Below the pieces are notes generated by a model, which was given only the letters and a program-made list of their open reading frames with translations, was not told where the DNA came from and did not search any database. A program made the position numbers and the translations under genes. DNA of 63,884 bases, filler included, from Octopus bimaculoides (lineage: Eukaryota), in NCBI RefSeq assembly GCF_001194135.2. It is 9 parts of 6 records of this genome, joined end to end, with 100 filler letters (N's around TTAATTAATTAA, not from the genome) between each part and the next. Parts side by side here need not be neighbours in the genome. Positions count along the whole stretch, not along the records: positions 1 to 29,179 come from NC_068986.1; positions 29,280 to 34,961 come from NC_068986.1; positions 35,062 to 41,687 come from NC_068993.1; 6 more parts are not named here. One strand, written 5' to 3'. How positions within the stretch are numbered: the stretch's first letter is position 1; each line of letters opens with the position of its first letter. This document shows, piece by piece, positions 26,227-38,906 of the stretch.

Positions 26227-26875
26227 TGGGGATGTATGTATGTGTGGATGTTATGCGTATTTTTAATTATGTGCGTTTGTTGAGCGAGAGTAAAAGAGAG
26301 AGAGAGAAAGAGAGAGAGATAGAGAATGAGAGACAAACATTTACAAATAGAACGAGGGCGTCTAACTAAAAGCAATTCCGTGTGGTGAGAGGAGAGAGGA
26401 TTTAAAAATAATGATGGAGTGTAAAGGGTTAAATTTATGATGGTCTTGTTTCGGGTTCGTGTCACGAAAGGGTCGATCTAGTGGACCTTTGGAATAATAA
26501 GGGTTAATGCGAGGTGTGTGACGGAAAGGGTGCTGTGATGCATACTGCTCCCTACCCTCTAGAGGTCATTATGTTAATATCTTCAATTGGGGTGATAACG
26601 TTGCAAGGCTTCCCCCTTGCAGTTAATATAGCGGATTTGATTGGTTGTAAGGAGTGTGGTGTTGTAGGGAGAGTAGGAGCAGGTTGAAGGAGGGAGAAAG
26701 AGAAAGAAAGAAAAGGAACGTGATATTTGGAGGATTATGAGTGAAACGAGGGGATGTTTAGGGAGTAAATGGCTGAAATAGCGTGAATGACAGAGAGAGG
26801 GAAAATGGCAATATGGCTGCGGAAGAGAATTGCGTAGAGTGTGCATTAGTTGAAAAATTAGAGAGAGGGAGAGAC

Positions 26876-26913
<38 letters not shown>

Positions 26914-27420
26914 AAAGAAAGAATGAAAGAGAGAGGCAGACAGCTGAACAAACTGACAAAGAGGGAGATGGAGTGAGATAAAGAGAGAAAGGGAGAGAGA
27001 CAAAGGCGGAAGTGCTATGAAAGGGATGAAGAATTGAAATATAATTAGCAAACTAAGGGAGTTTGTTAGACGAGTGAAAGAGAATGACGAAAGAATGGTA
27101 AAAGGAATTAGGGACAGAAAAAAGAAAATGATGTAATGGATGAGGAAAGACCGTGAAGTGGAGAAAGAGGGAGAAAGACGGAGACAGAAAATATGGTCTC
27201 ACAGATACATTACGGTGACGGTTGGATGGTAGAAGGACAAGTATTAAGACAGAAAGGAAAAAAAAAACAGTTATGAAAGAAGAAAATGAAAGTAAAAAAT
27301 TTAGAAAAAAAAAGGAACAAGCAAGAAAGCGATAGAACATGAAGAATGTGCTAAAGGAAAAAGATCAGCCAGAAAGTAAAGCCGTAAAGAAGAAAAATTA
27401 GATAGGTAGATTTATGAAGC
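25300..27420. repeat. Purine-rich (GA-biased) low-complexity tract with (GA)n runs
   Basis: Plus strand strongly A/G-biased; contains a gap. Confidence 0.7.
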
Positions 27421-28319
27421 AAAAGTAAGAGGATTATGAAATAATTCGAATGAAGGATCCTCATTTAGAAAATGTTGTCAACAACAAAAAATAACCCCTG
27501 GAGAATGTATCTGAAACTAGAATTGTTACCAACTCGTATGATATTCAGTGTATTTTTACACTTAAGTTATTTATACTATCTATACATTTGGATTATTTCC
27601 CTTGGCTTTTCTCATTTTCTTTTTATAAATCAAGCAAATTAGTGCAAAAACGCTTGTTGATTCATGAATGCTGTTTTCAGCAGAGAAAACTATGCCGATG
27701 AAATTAAATTATACTGAAACGTATCTGTAGCTCTCCTGCTAGCTGCAGACTTTCGAAATTATCTCCCCTACTCTTCTGTAGTTGATAACATTTGCTTCAT
27801 TTTTCATTCTGAACATAAAAAGCGAATTTCGATCAACTTGAGAATTTTTTTTTACGTACAATATACAGTATATCGCTATATTACGTATCAACAAATCTTT
27901 AGACGGCAACATCTAAATGAATGCAGAGAAAATACACCGATTAATCATTAATTACTTAAAAGCAAGAATACAGCAAATATATGAGTCTATTACTGACAAA
28001 TAAGGGCATATACTTATATGCGTAGAGCGACTATCCACGCAAGAGACGAAATGTTGGTGAAAACATCAATAAATAGTTGAGCATTTACTTACTCGCCAAG
28101 TTTTCCTGCAAAACATCCATCGAATAAAAGGAACGTTGACAATAAAATAGTAAAATCCAATTTACACCGCAATGCTTCAAGTGCAAACCGCAATGAATAC
28201 ATTGGACGTTACACCTACTAAAACTGTCTAAAATGCACACAAATGTTATTGCATATGTGTTGCGTATGTGTGTATTTGTGTATGCATGTGTGTGTGTGTG
28301 CATGTAGATGACATGCAAA

Positions 28320-28947
28320 AGTCTTATTTGATGAAATTGTTTGGTTTGGGGGAAATATTTTCATCAAACATCCATCAATCAACTTTATAAAAAAAACACT
28401 TGATGAAGATGTGTGATGATGTTTGGCATTTGATACTTTAAAGTGTTCAGTGATTCGTGTCATTTGACGATGATGTTTGATGTAAATGTTTGTTAAAAAT
28501 GTTTGACGATGTTTTATAAACTGTTTCATGACAATTTTTAGTGCTATTGAAGATGTTTCGTTAAGATATTTGAAGATGTTTGAAGGAAAATGTTTGATAA
28601 AAATGTTTGGTTTGGGGAAAATATTTTCATCAAACATCCATCAATTATCATTATCAAACACGTTTGATGAAGATGTTTGATAAAAATGTTTGATGAATAT
28701 ATTTGATGAAAACGTTTCATTAAAATGTTTGATGGAAATATTTGATGAAAGTGTTTGAAGATGTTTGAGGAAAACATTTGATGCTTCAAAGTGTTTGATG
28801 AAGATGTTTGATGGATGTCGGTGTTTCATGACATTTGAAGATGATGTTTGATGAAAATGTTTGATGTCGATGTTAAAAATATTTCATGACGTATTTTTAG
28901 TGCTAATGAAGATATTTCATGAAGATGTTTGAAGGCGTTTGAAGGAA
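28320..28947. repeat. Degenerate ~12-nt minisatellite (AAATGTTTGATG-like)
   Basis: Repeated ATGTTTGATGAAA/AAGATGTTTGA units; internal duplication TTTGGTTTGGGG.AAATATTTTCATCAAACATCCATCAAT near 28340 and 28606. Confidence 0.8.
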
Positions 28948-29179
28948 GAGTTTGATAGACGAGTGAATGAGAATGACGAAAGAATGGTAAAAGGAATTAG
29001 GGACAGAAAAAAGAAAATGATGTAATGGATGATGAAAGACCGTGAAGTGGAGAAAGAGGGAGAAAGACGGAGACAGAAAATATGGTCTCACAGATACATT
29101 ACGGTGACGGTTGGATGGTAGAAGGACAAGTATTAAGACAGAAAGGAAAAAAAAAACAGTTATGAAAGAAGAAAATGAA
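28948..29179 (+). repeat. 232-bp direct duplicate of 27059-27290
   Basis: Colinear, 3 substitutions counted by eye; ends at the scaffold end. Confidence 0.9.
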
Positions 29180-29279
29180 NNNNNNNNNNNNNNNNNNNNN
29201 NNNNNNNNNNNNNNNNNNNNNNNTTAATTAATTAANNNNNNNNNNNNNNNNNNNNNNNNNNNNNNNNNNNNNNNNNNNN
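29180..29279. other. Artificial scaffold linker (44N-TTAATTAATTAA-44N)
   Basis: 12-mer at 29224-29235 with stops in all six frames. Confidence 0.97.
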
Positions 29280-29349
<70 letters not shown>

Positions 29350-30079
29350 GTTCAAATTTATGTGTGTGTGAGTGTGTGAGTGTTTGTGTGTATACAAATA
29401 CACAATGCATACATAAATTGATTCATATATATCTACATCAAACCATACATATAAAGTATGAGTATTATACTTCACTAATGTTTCGTGTGTCCGTACATAC
29501 GCATATTTTCTGTGACTTTCTCCATTCCATATTTGCAAGGTTAAACGATTCTTTCGATCCATTGAGTCAAGTATTTTAGTACCATTTTATTGATTGTTTA
29601 TATGCATTTGGATACTGTACAGCTTCCTGCCTATTTAGAAACCATTCTCCTGAATTCGATGAAAATTTAGCCGATACTACACATGACTGCATTTATTTAT
29701 TGCATATAAGCGCCACTTATTTTATTGTATATAAATGCTACTTACATTATTTCAGCCAACGTCAGGCCGGAAGTGGACTTTGTTTTGTACCTTAGAAAAT
29801 GGATATGAATAATACAACACGATCAATTCAATCGATTAAAATCCCTGATTGTATACAAAATTATTTGAATGTTGTTCAGAATAATCAATGACTCTCTGCT
29901 TTATATTCTCAAAGTACATATTATATCACCTGGATTATTGCTGTCTTCAGGCTTGCCCTGTCGATTAAATCATTCGTACAGGTAATATTTTTCCTCAGGT
30001 CCTTTGTAATAGAGACGGGAATGAGGAGGTATTGTCAATCATTACACAAGTCTTTGTATGCTGCATAAGAGCTGCATCG

Positions 30080-30235
30080 ACCCCAGTACTTTACTGGTAT
30101 TTATTTTATCGATTATTACAAAATAAAATGCAAAACTGGTTTCGGTGGAGATTTAACTCTAAATGTAATGAGTCGGACGACATGGTTCTCAATATTTTGC
30201 TCCATCCCCGAAGGATGCTGTCAGCTCGCTGTGAT
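30080..30235 (-). mobile_element. Degenerate SINE family B-like copy
   Basis: ATCGACCCCAGT..ACTGGTATTTATTTTATCGA..CTGTCAGCTCGC. Confidence 0.6.
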
Positions 30236-33200
30236 AAATTGATAGAGAGTAGGCCTTTTCTTCAACCATAGAATAGGGTGAAAATGGATTTCCTCTCGAT
30301 CGCGTGTACTTCATTAAATGCCTAGAATAACCAGAGAAAGATGTTAAAGAGGAAAAGAAGATTTGGTATATGACGCTAAGATTTATACACAGAAAATAAT
30401 GATTGAGTTGTCGATGGCATCGTAACTATTGTATATGGTGCGTGTGTGATATCATCGGAATGTTGATCATAACTGCATCCTATGACACACTAAAATAGGA
30501 ACAGTGTACACCAGGTATATCTGTACCGCTACAACAACGTTACCTGCTTTTCGGAACTAAATAGTTAGCAATTGCTGCGGGCCTTGTAATATGCAATTCC
30601 ATTTAAACCGAAGGAAGCGTAATCCTATACAAAAACTATCGAACAGGGCAGCATCTCTCTTGTTGCCTGATCTTTTACAACTTATATTCGTGTCTCCACC
30701 AAATCGAACATTACAGTATCACAAATATAAATCAACAATCAGGGCATGGACAGAAAGGCCTTCATCAAATATTTATTTAGGCAGACTTTCTTTACAGTGA
30801 AACAACAACTACATCAACTTAGTGCAACTATATGTGTCCCTATTTTCATTTCTACTGCCTTCTGGCTATGATAATTTGTAAGAATCATAAATTTGATTTC
30901 CACCTTTCGAATCATCTAGATTACTTGTATTCACACACATACACACATACACACCTCTTATATTCTTATTACAGCCATTATACATCGACTATCTTGTTGG
31001 TCACAGCGTTGTTGGCAGATCTGGATATTTCATGGCTGCTCGCACTCAAATTCGCAATAACGTTGAATCATTACAAGAGTATTTCGACTACAGAGACATA
31101 TTCTTATCATTCTTCAGCTCGAGATGATTAATTTATCGTCTGTTTGATTTTTGCTTCTTTCTTTTCATTGCTGATATTGCTGTTGTTCTCATACCACTCT
31201 AATTCGATTCTAATCATGTAAATCTATGACAAAAGTGTTCTAGACAAAAACGTTTAATGTTTTGTTTTTAAATACATGTCTATATTGTCTATCGAGTGAT
31301 ATTTATTTAAAACTTCAGACACTGATTTTATGTAACTTTCGCAGCTACTTGTAACAGATCAAGTTACCGAATATAGAAACCATTGTCAGAATAATTTTTT
31401 ATACCATTATTTCTCTCTAGGAAATCCACCTACACTACTTTGCAAAAAGAGCGGCGATTCAAGAAGCAACGGTTAATGATCTCTGAATTTGATTCATTAA
31501 TATGGAAATAATATACGAATAATTCAGACAAGCTTTTGAAAAATTGTATGAGTTTATATCTCACGTTCACAACATCGACTATATATCCGGTGGAAACCAA
31601 AGAATATCTTTGGGTACTAGTCTGCTAGATCTTTGCGGTTGTGGAGCTAGACAACAATCACAACTTACATTTCGTCCGTAGATCACGATATGTTTTCAAT
31701 GTAGTTCTGTCACTGACATGGTAGAAGTTTCAAGTTCGTCGATACAATCAGATAGAAAACAATAAATGATATTCAAAAACAAACATACGCGGTTTACTAA
31801 GAATCGCAGATGGTTTAAGGGAGATAATCATTTCGTCACACGATAAAGCAGGATTTTAGCGTATTATTTGCAAGTTAGCCATCCATTGTACCAATGAATT
31901 CATTCAGACATTATAGGCAGAAATGAATTCAAAGGCATTGTTTTTGGTATCCTGACAATGTTCTTCATCACTAATAACATGGTTGGATTGTAGTGATTGA
32001 TGATTAAAAACTCGCACACAGAGTTTCATACATCAACTCACTTCGTCATCATCTCTTCTGTTTTGTAAATAACATTTCAAAGCGTAAGTTACGCTGGACG
32101 GTTAACAATTGAAAATGAATACCTGAGCATTAAAACACCTCAACTCAGGATTGTGGAGGATTGTCTGACGCCCTCAACAACCAATTTTGGAATGAAGTTG
32201 TAAGCGACCGAGGGTTCCTCTCACATAATTCTAAATCAAAATAAGCGTGGCAAGAATGATTCTTTGAATCTTTGATTTACGGGTAAATTTGTGTGAGAGA
32301 GAGAAGAGGAAACGAGACAAAGTGAGGGGATCGTTATATTAATAATGCAGCTGAAACAGATGAAAGTCAGAGCACGTGAGGAGGGGATTTAAAGTCAGTG
32401 TGTAACATAAGGTAAAATATATGACATACAACGCCTGCTTCTTGCACATGCGCTGACGATGGTGTGCCTGCAAATGAGTCAAACATATGCATCTTAGTAA
32501 AGTCGTTCAAGTAATGAATATCTTTTAAATACGTTCTAACCGTGAATATCTTTTGTTTTAAAACAGTTTCACAAGTGACCATCACCAATTTTTGAAGCCC
32601 AAATCTCTCATATAACACCAAATCTAATTTCCAATATTCAGATTGGATAATGTAATTCAGTGTGTAATGCGTGAAAACACGAAATAAAAATGGAATATTC
32701 ATGGATGGAATACCTCTGAGTTCTAGTCTACAAGAAGTAGCAGCACAGCTTGTATGCAGATATGTGTGAGAGTATAGCTCGTGTCTGATATGATAGAATT
32801 TGCAACTTGGTTGTTAAGATCAATACAAATCCTGAAAAACACACCTGGTTCCATAACAGCTGGAGCTATAACAAGGGAAGACAATCAATTCGTTATAAAA
32901 CGGAGCAGGTTTATTTTACTCGGGAAGTAAAATGTAGGATTAAATGGAAATGTCGCATAGCATTTACATATTTATTTATTGTATTTTTTTCTAATTAATA
33001 CGAAGTTCTTAATTTTAATATTCTACTCGTCAGTAATCATTTTTGCTTTATTTCATTCGTGTTACAAATCATTCGTAAACATTATTTTACATATGACTCA
33101 TTGATTCTACACAGCGCTTTCTTGATTCCGATAATCCACCGCGTTTTCAGAAACAGTGTATTGTATGGATCGTAAGACTTAAATTACAATTATAACGAAA

Positions 33201-33698
33201 TTGTTCAGATCCAGCCAGATAGTTTACATGGCGGTGCACCATTTTATATATTTGTTTACTTTAAATGCTGTTTAAAGACGCCCAGGTCAATGGCCTTTAT
33301 AAACAGTGTGACAATAACGTTATTTTCAATCATATCAGTGCACAGATATAACATGTTGATTGCCCGAATAATATTGGCGGCGATAAAATATGTACATATG
33401 ACATATATACACACGTATATTAACAGTAGATAAACACATTCACATATACAGTAACACATAGAAACAGTCAGGAATACCAGGTATAAAAGCTGACATACGA
33501 AAGAAATAATAGGTGAGCTGGTGGTTAATAATTACGAGTATTTATCCGTGAAGCGTGTATGCGCGTATGTTATGGGCACTTGCTTGTAGCAGTGTGTAAA
33601 TATATTCATATATCTAATCCTACATACATAACCATGCGCATATCATATTCGTATATATGCATGGAAAAAATGCTCATATATTAATGCAGGTCACAGAC

Positions 33699-33736
<38 letters not shown>

Positions 33737-34229
33737 ACACACATACTGAGAGGTTAAAATCCACCTATAACATATGTTCTGTAGGAACACATGATACTGC
33801 TATTTTAAACCACAGAAGGTCACCCTCAAATAGTTATGCAGTGCACTCTTCATTCGATATATATTGCAAACGGGGAGAGTAACCCTACTATTTTAGCCCC
33901 GAAACCTCCAGAATCTCTGGTTTCAGTCCATGTATGGTTATCTTAACTAGAAATAATAGTAGTCCTCTCCAGTTCGCAATATATAGAAAAATAAAGGACA
34001 TACATTCACTCTTCAAAAATAAAACTAACTGGGGAAGAAAATTTCCATAAGAGGTGAAAAGCAGTATTTCTACTGGGGAGGAGATTTTAACGCCACCTAA
34101 ACACTAGTGTTCCATACGAACCCATAATGGTGCTGTGTTAACTCCAGTAGGACACCTCCTCCAGCTGGGTGAGTACACTCTGCACTCGATATATATTGCA
34201 AGCGGGGAGAGAACTCGTCTTCCATTTTA

Positions 34230-34274
<45 letters not shown>

Positions 34275-34739
34275 TGTACAAATAACTTACGTGCTTATAC
34301 ACGAAGGAGATGACCTTTAACAGGACCCCGTACATGCTAGAATTGACAGTTAAACCCCAAACCACAAATAAGAGCAAACTCAAAGAGAACGAAAATAAAA
34401 AAAGATTCTGTAATTAACCTCAGACTCTGTATCAATGTGCAAAATAGATTAATTTGCCTTCCGTATTTCTTCAGTGAGGGCGCTAAAGGTCACCTCATTC
34501 GTTTATAAACGCGTAAAGTATTTGTACACAATCATATATGAAAATATGATGTGTATTGACTTTTTTACCTATGCTAGCCACCAGTAGGATTTTTTTCTAA
34601 ATGTTCTACCCTTCTTATTTTCACAGTATATATATATATATATATATAATAAAAAGAATATATATACATGTATACACACATATATGTACATACTTACATC
34701 TACATGTGTATATATATGCATATCAGGGTACAGGACGTT

Positions 34740-34961
34740 AGAACAATGAACTACAGACAACGGAACGAACACATAGGCAAACGGAAAGCCACTTGGAATA
34801 TTCCTTCATCAGCTGCCTCTATTCTAACCTGACGTTTCGAAGATAAGACAGAACGTACTCTAGAATAGTCTCTTCCTGAGTAGTGGATCAACCCACTACA
34901 CAGAGGATTCCAAGGTGGCAAACACAAACCAAGACAGGAAAAATTGGACAGTGAAAACAAC
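34740..34961 (-). mobile_element. Probable Penelope-like terminal-repeat fragment with hammerhead core motifs
   Basis: Reverse complement CTTCGAAACGTCAGG..GCAGCTGATGAAGGAATATTCC; no coding evidence. Confidence 0.4.
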
Positions 34962-35061
34962 NNNNNNNNNNNNNNNNNNNNNNNNNNNNNNNNNNNNNNN
35001 NNNNNTTAATTAATTAANNNNNNNNNNNNNNNNNNNNNNNNNNNNNNNNNNNNNNNNNNNN
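34962..35061. other. Artificial scaffold linker
   Basis: TTAATTAATTAA at 35006-35017 within Ns. Confidence 0.97.
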
Positions 35062-35480
35062 GTGGGATTGTCCCACAGGCAATGTTTTGGTTTACTTTTG
35101 GGTAACTTCTCGTATGTATGCATGTACATATATAGGTATATGTAGGAATCAAAGGAACTTATTGATTGTATGCGTTTTGCTCCATTTATTATTATTCTTC
35201 ATATAGGTATATATACATATATAAGTTTATGTACATATTAATATTAGCTCAGTTTTAAAAAAACCTTTGACAATGTAAATATGTTAATAGTTACTATAGG
35301 TAGCAAAAATTACACAAAAAGACAGGATATCACAGCCGTTTTATAGGTAGAGATACCAAGTTGAATTGATGCATTTTGAGAAGATATGAATAATAACAAT
35401 AAATGGAGGAAAGTGCATATAAATAAAAGGAACTTTTATTTATATGCGTTTTGCTCCATTTATTGTTATTATTCATAAGT

Positions 35481-35511
<31 letters not shown>

Positions 35512-35583
35512 GAAGGATTCATTTTTCGCAATGAGATAAAAAAACCAAGGCTGTGTATATTTTAGAACATTTATAAATAGAAG

Positions 35584-35631
35584 GTCTTACAGCTGTTTCC
35601 AGGATATTTATTAAATTCCTTCATTGGAGAC
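35584..35631 (-). ncRNA. Minimal type-I hammerhead ribozyme motif (degenerate, G5A)
   Basis: GTCT-CCAATGA-[AGGAATTTAATAAATATCCTG]-GAAA-CAGCTG-TA-AGAC; stem I GTCT/AGAC, palindromic stem III. Confidence 0.6.
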
Positions 35632-36372
35632 AGTGTGAGAGGATGGTTAAGCAATAGTTAATTTAGATAAGAAACAGAGAGTGAATGCAGGGATATTGTA
35701 TTTGTAAATCCATTGATTGGGGAAAATGGTATACATATAAGATTCCAATATCTTGTGAGTAAAATACAATAGTCTTTAAGATTAGTCATTGCATTTGTAA
35801 ATCCATTATTAAGATTATAATACCCTATGAGTAAAATCCAACAGTCTTTGAAATTGATCAAGCTAAATGTAGAGTTTATACACAGTGTTATTGACCCAAG
35901 GATTCTGTTTAAAGTGCCCTAAAAGTAGGAAATATATTACTAAGGTCAAATCGAAAACAGGAAGAGAGGAATAAAGAGAGAAAAAAAGGGGGNNNNNNNN
36001 NNAGGGGGGGGGGAGAAAGAGAAGAACAAAGAAGAAGAAAATCATGAAAGGGATAAAGAAAAGAAAGTAAAAAGGAATACAAAAATAGAGATTAGGGAAA
36101 GTGTACCAGATAATGGTCAGTGAAAATAATAAGAAGGTAGGAACAGGAAGATAAGGGTGAAAGAGAGAGAAAGGTATTAGAATGTGTAGAAAGATAGAAG
36201 GAATGGGGTGAGGGTTATGGAGAGAGATATAAAGCTTTCAGGAGTGTCAATTGCAGTGATGGAGTTGAGAAAGGGGATATTAGTATAGAAAGAAGAATTT
36301 AGGAATTTAGATGGTTGAGCAGGTCAGTACTAGAATAAAAGTATGTGAGAATGTATACATATGTACACATTA

Positions 36373-36473
<101 letters not shown>

Positions 36474-36831
36474 GTATGCATGTATGTATGTATATATTTT
36501 ATTCATACAGATGTTTATGCATATCAATATCTACACATATAACTCGTACTCATATGTATATAGATACGTGCATACCCACAAATACGTGTGTCTGTATGTA
36601 TTGTCGCCCTTGTACACGCAGGTATATATACCTTGTATACATACTTATATTCAAACATGCACACGTACATACATACGCACATACTCACACACACATACAT
36701 ATACACGCTCATATGCATGGATGCACACATACACGAATATAATTAGATGGTTGTGAAATTCAAGTATGAGTATGAGTGAGGTGTTAGATAGGGATTAAAA
36801 GGTAAAATATAGATTTATAAGGTCATAGGGT

Positions 36832-37330
36832 TTACCTAGGGGTATTGTGGAAATGTACTGTATGGTTATCTTGGCATTTGGATTTGTGGTAGAATTTGAA
36901 TGTGTGGAAAAAGCAGTAGTTATATGTGTTTAGTGCCTCATTTTGTCTATTTAGCAGAGCTGGAGAATTGTGCATTAATATGTGAAGTGCTTCCTTCAGG
37001 CAAAATTTGCAGGTTGAGTGTTGACCTCGGTAGGGAAGCCCTGAGTTCAGTATGGACCATGATAGAGTATAGGATATATTTGTATTTTTGAGATGATGTA
37101 TGTGGCTGGCGAGTTTTGTAGATTTACTATGTTTATCGTATCTAAACGAGTGGAGGTGAGCGGCATATCGTTGCTTAAAAGTTTTGGTTGATCCTATGTA
37201 TATGGCTGTAGAGTTGTGTAATAGATTAACGACAGTGCATTTGTAAATTACATTATATCTTCTGCAATGGGTTAGTAACAGGCAGGTGATTCCAGGACGG
37301 CAATTACAATTAGGCGAGTTTTGGGGTCGA
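36832..37330 (-). pseudogene. Penelope-like GIY-YIG endonuclease domain (C-terminal fragment of PLE ORF)
   Basis: CNCRPGITCLLLTHCRRYNVIYKCTV..AIYIGSTKTFKQRYAAHLHSF..STKLASHIHHLK..SWSIL..CKFCLKEALHIL..LLNRQNE: Cys-rich linker, VIY/YIG, R.x.H motifs and CxxC tail typical of PLEs. Confidence 0.9.
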
Positions 37331-37454
37331 TGCTCAGTAATAGTGGAGGTAGTATTGTCAGAGGAGAGGTTATAGACGTGGGTAGAAGATTCTATATTAT
37401 TAGTACTATTAACGTTATCATTACCAACATTGCTATTATTACTATTGTTGTTAT

Positions 37455-37890
37455 TAATTGCACTACACGCCAACCACATACATCATCTCAAAAATACAAA
37501 TATATCATACACTCTATCATGGTCCATACTGGACACAGGTCTTCCCTACCGAGGTCAACGGTCAACCTGCAAATTTTGCCTGAAGGAGGCACTTCACATA
37601 TTAATGCACAATTCTCCAGCTCTGCTAAATAAACATATAGGTTTTACTCACAAGGTATTGGAATCTTATATACATACCATTTTGCCGAAATAATGGATTT
37701 ACAAAAATAATATCCCTGCATTCACTCTCTATTTCCTATCTTATCTAAATTAAGTATTGCTTAACCATCCACTCACACCGTCTCCGATGAAGGCGTATAA
37801 TAAATATACTGGGAACAGTTGTAAGACCTATTTATAAATGTTCTAAAATATACACGGCCTTGGTTTTTTAATATCATTACAAAAAGTAAA
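37455..37890 (+). mobile_element. Inverted partial duplicate of the adjacent Penelope-like element
   Basis: 37455-37630 mirrors 36950-37120 (HIHHLKNTNISYTLSWSILDTGLPYRGQRSTCKFCLKEALHILMHNSPALLN); 37700-37890 mirrors 35510-35700. Confidence 0.88.
37780..37827 (+). ncRNA. Minimal type-I hammerhead motif, CCGAUGA core (degenerate)
   Basis: GTCT-CCGATGA-AGGC-GTATA-ATAAA-TATAC-TG-GGAA-CAGTTG-TA-AGAC. Confidence 0.55.
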
Positions 37891-38038
37891 TCTTTATATT
37901 CACACGGTGATATATGACCTATGTTCGAGTCCTTATTCGCATAATCACCGAACCTGGAGCTTAGTGATGGTCTATTCTTAGCACTTGCTCAGCAATACCT
38001 GAAACCTCTGGGTCTAATTGATACCATTACCGCTCATA

Positions 38039-38111
<73 letters not shown>

Positions 38112-38189
38112 TGTCTGTCTGTGCGTGCTAGTGTGTGTGTGTTTGTGTGTGTATAGGTATATATATATATGTGAATAAAAATAAAAATT

Positions 38190-38906
38190 TAAAAAAAAAT
38201 ATACAAAAAAAGGCTTTTATATGATCGTGTATAGAGGAATATATTATTTAAAAGAGTTCCAACTCTGTTTTTTATGTTTTATTTATATTCTTATAAAATT
38301 AATATGGGATATAGAATATGGAATATATAATATATTATAAATAGTAAAATGAAATGAAGTATTGAATGTCTTATTGAATATATGAAATATTGAGTATTAA
38401 ATATAAAGAATTAAATATATAAAGGCTAGTATATACTTTCATGCCTATTGGCATTCATCAAGACCACGTCTGACTGATGTGCTGTAAAAGACTGGCTGTT
38501 CTTTTGTCTTTTATACCTATTCTTTGGACAGCAGCAGTAGGTGTTTGGTTATTTTTAGAAATGATGCCAAGTTTATTTTTAGAAATGATGACATTTGAGA
38601 GATTTTTTGTGTTTTAGTTATAGGGATAAGATTTTTAAACCCTAAGTAAGATTAATTTAATCATTGTTTGTTAAGAGTGGGTTTGAATTTCTTAATAAAG
38701 TCCTTTTCTTTACGTTTTCTCTCAATATTTATTCAGGTTGTAAAGTTTATGGAATTGAAATATCATAAAAGTTTCACGACCACATGTTGCCAGATGGTTA
38801 CTCAGTGGTATTTGACGGACCTCTGTGTTTTTAATCTGTTGTCGATGCACACGTGAGCGTTCCGATAGTGCATTACCTGTCTGGCCAACGTACAGTTCTT
38901 CACAAT
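38190..38906 (-). mobile_element. Second Penelope-like element, 3' end (GIY-YIG fragment, 3' UTR and HHR-bearing pLTR)
   Basis: 38720-38906 translates NCEELYVGQTGNALSERSRVHRQQIKNTEVRQIPLSNHLATCG (YVG..R..H); 38190-38470 is homologous to the arms of the 42.3-43.0 kb palindrome. Confidence 0.82.
38424..38465 (-). ncRNA. Minimal type-I hammerhead ribozyme motif
   Basis: GGT-C-T-TGATGA-ATGCC-AATA-GGCAT-GAAA-GTATATAC-TA-GCC: perfect 5-bp stem II and palindromic stem III. Confidence 0.7.

Noticed and set aside
28320-28947. CRISPR-like or coding (KHF-repeat) interpretation of the 12-nt repeats
   Set aside because: Eukaryotic degenerate minisatellite without unique spacers; frames are frequently interrupted.
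33838-34218. About 45-bp diverged direct repeat (CGATATATATTGCAA.CGGGGAGAG) 335 bp apart
   Set aside because: Too short and diverged to assign; probably two fragments of an unclassified repeat.
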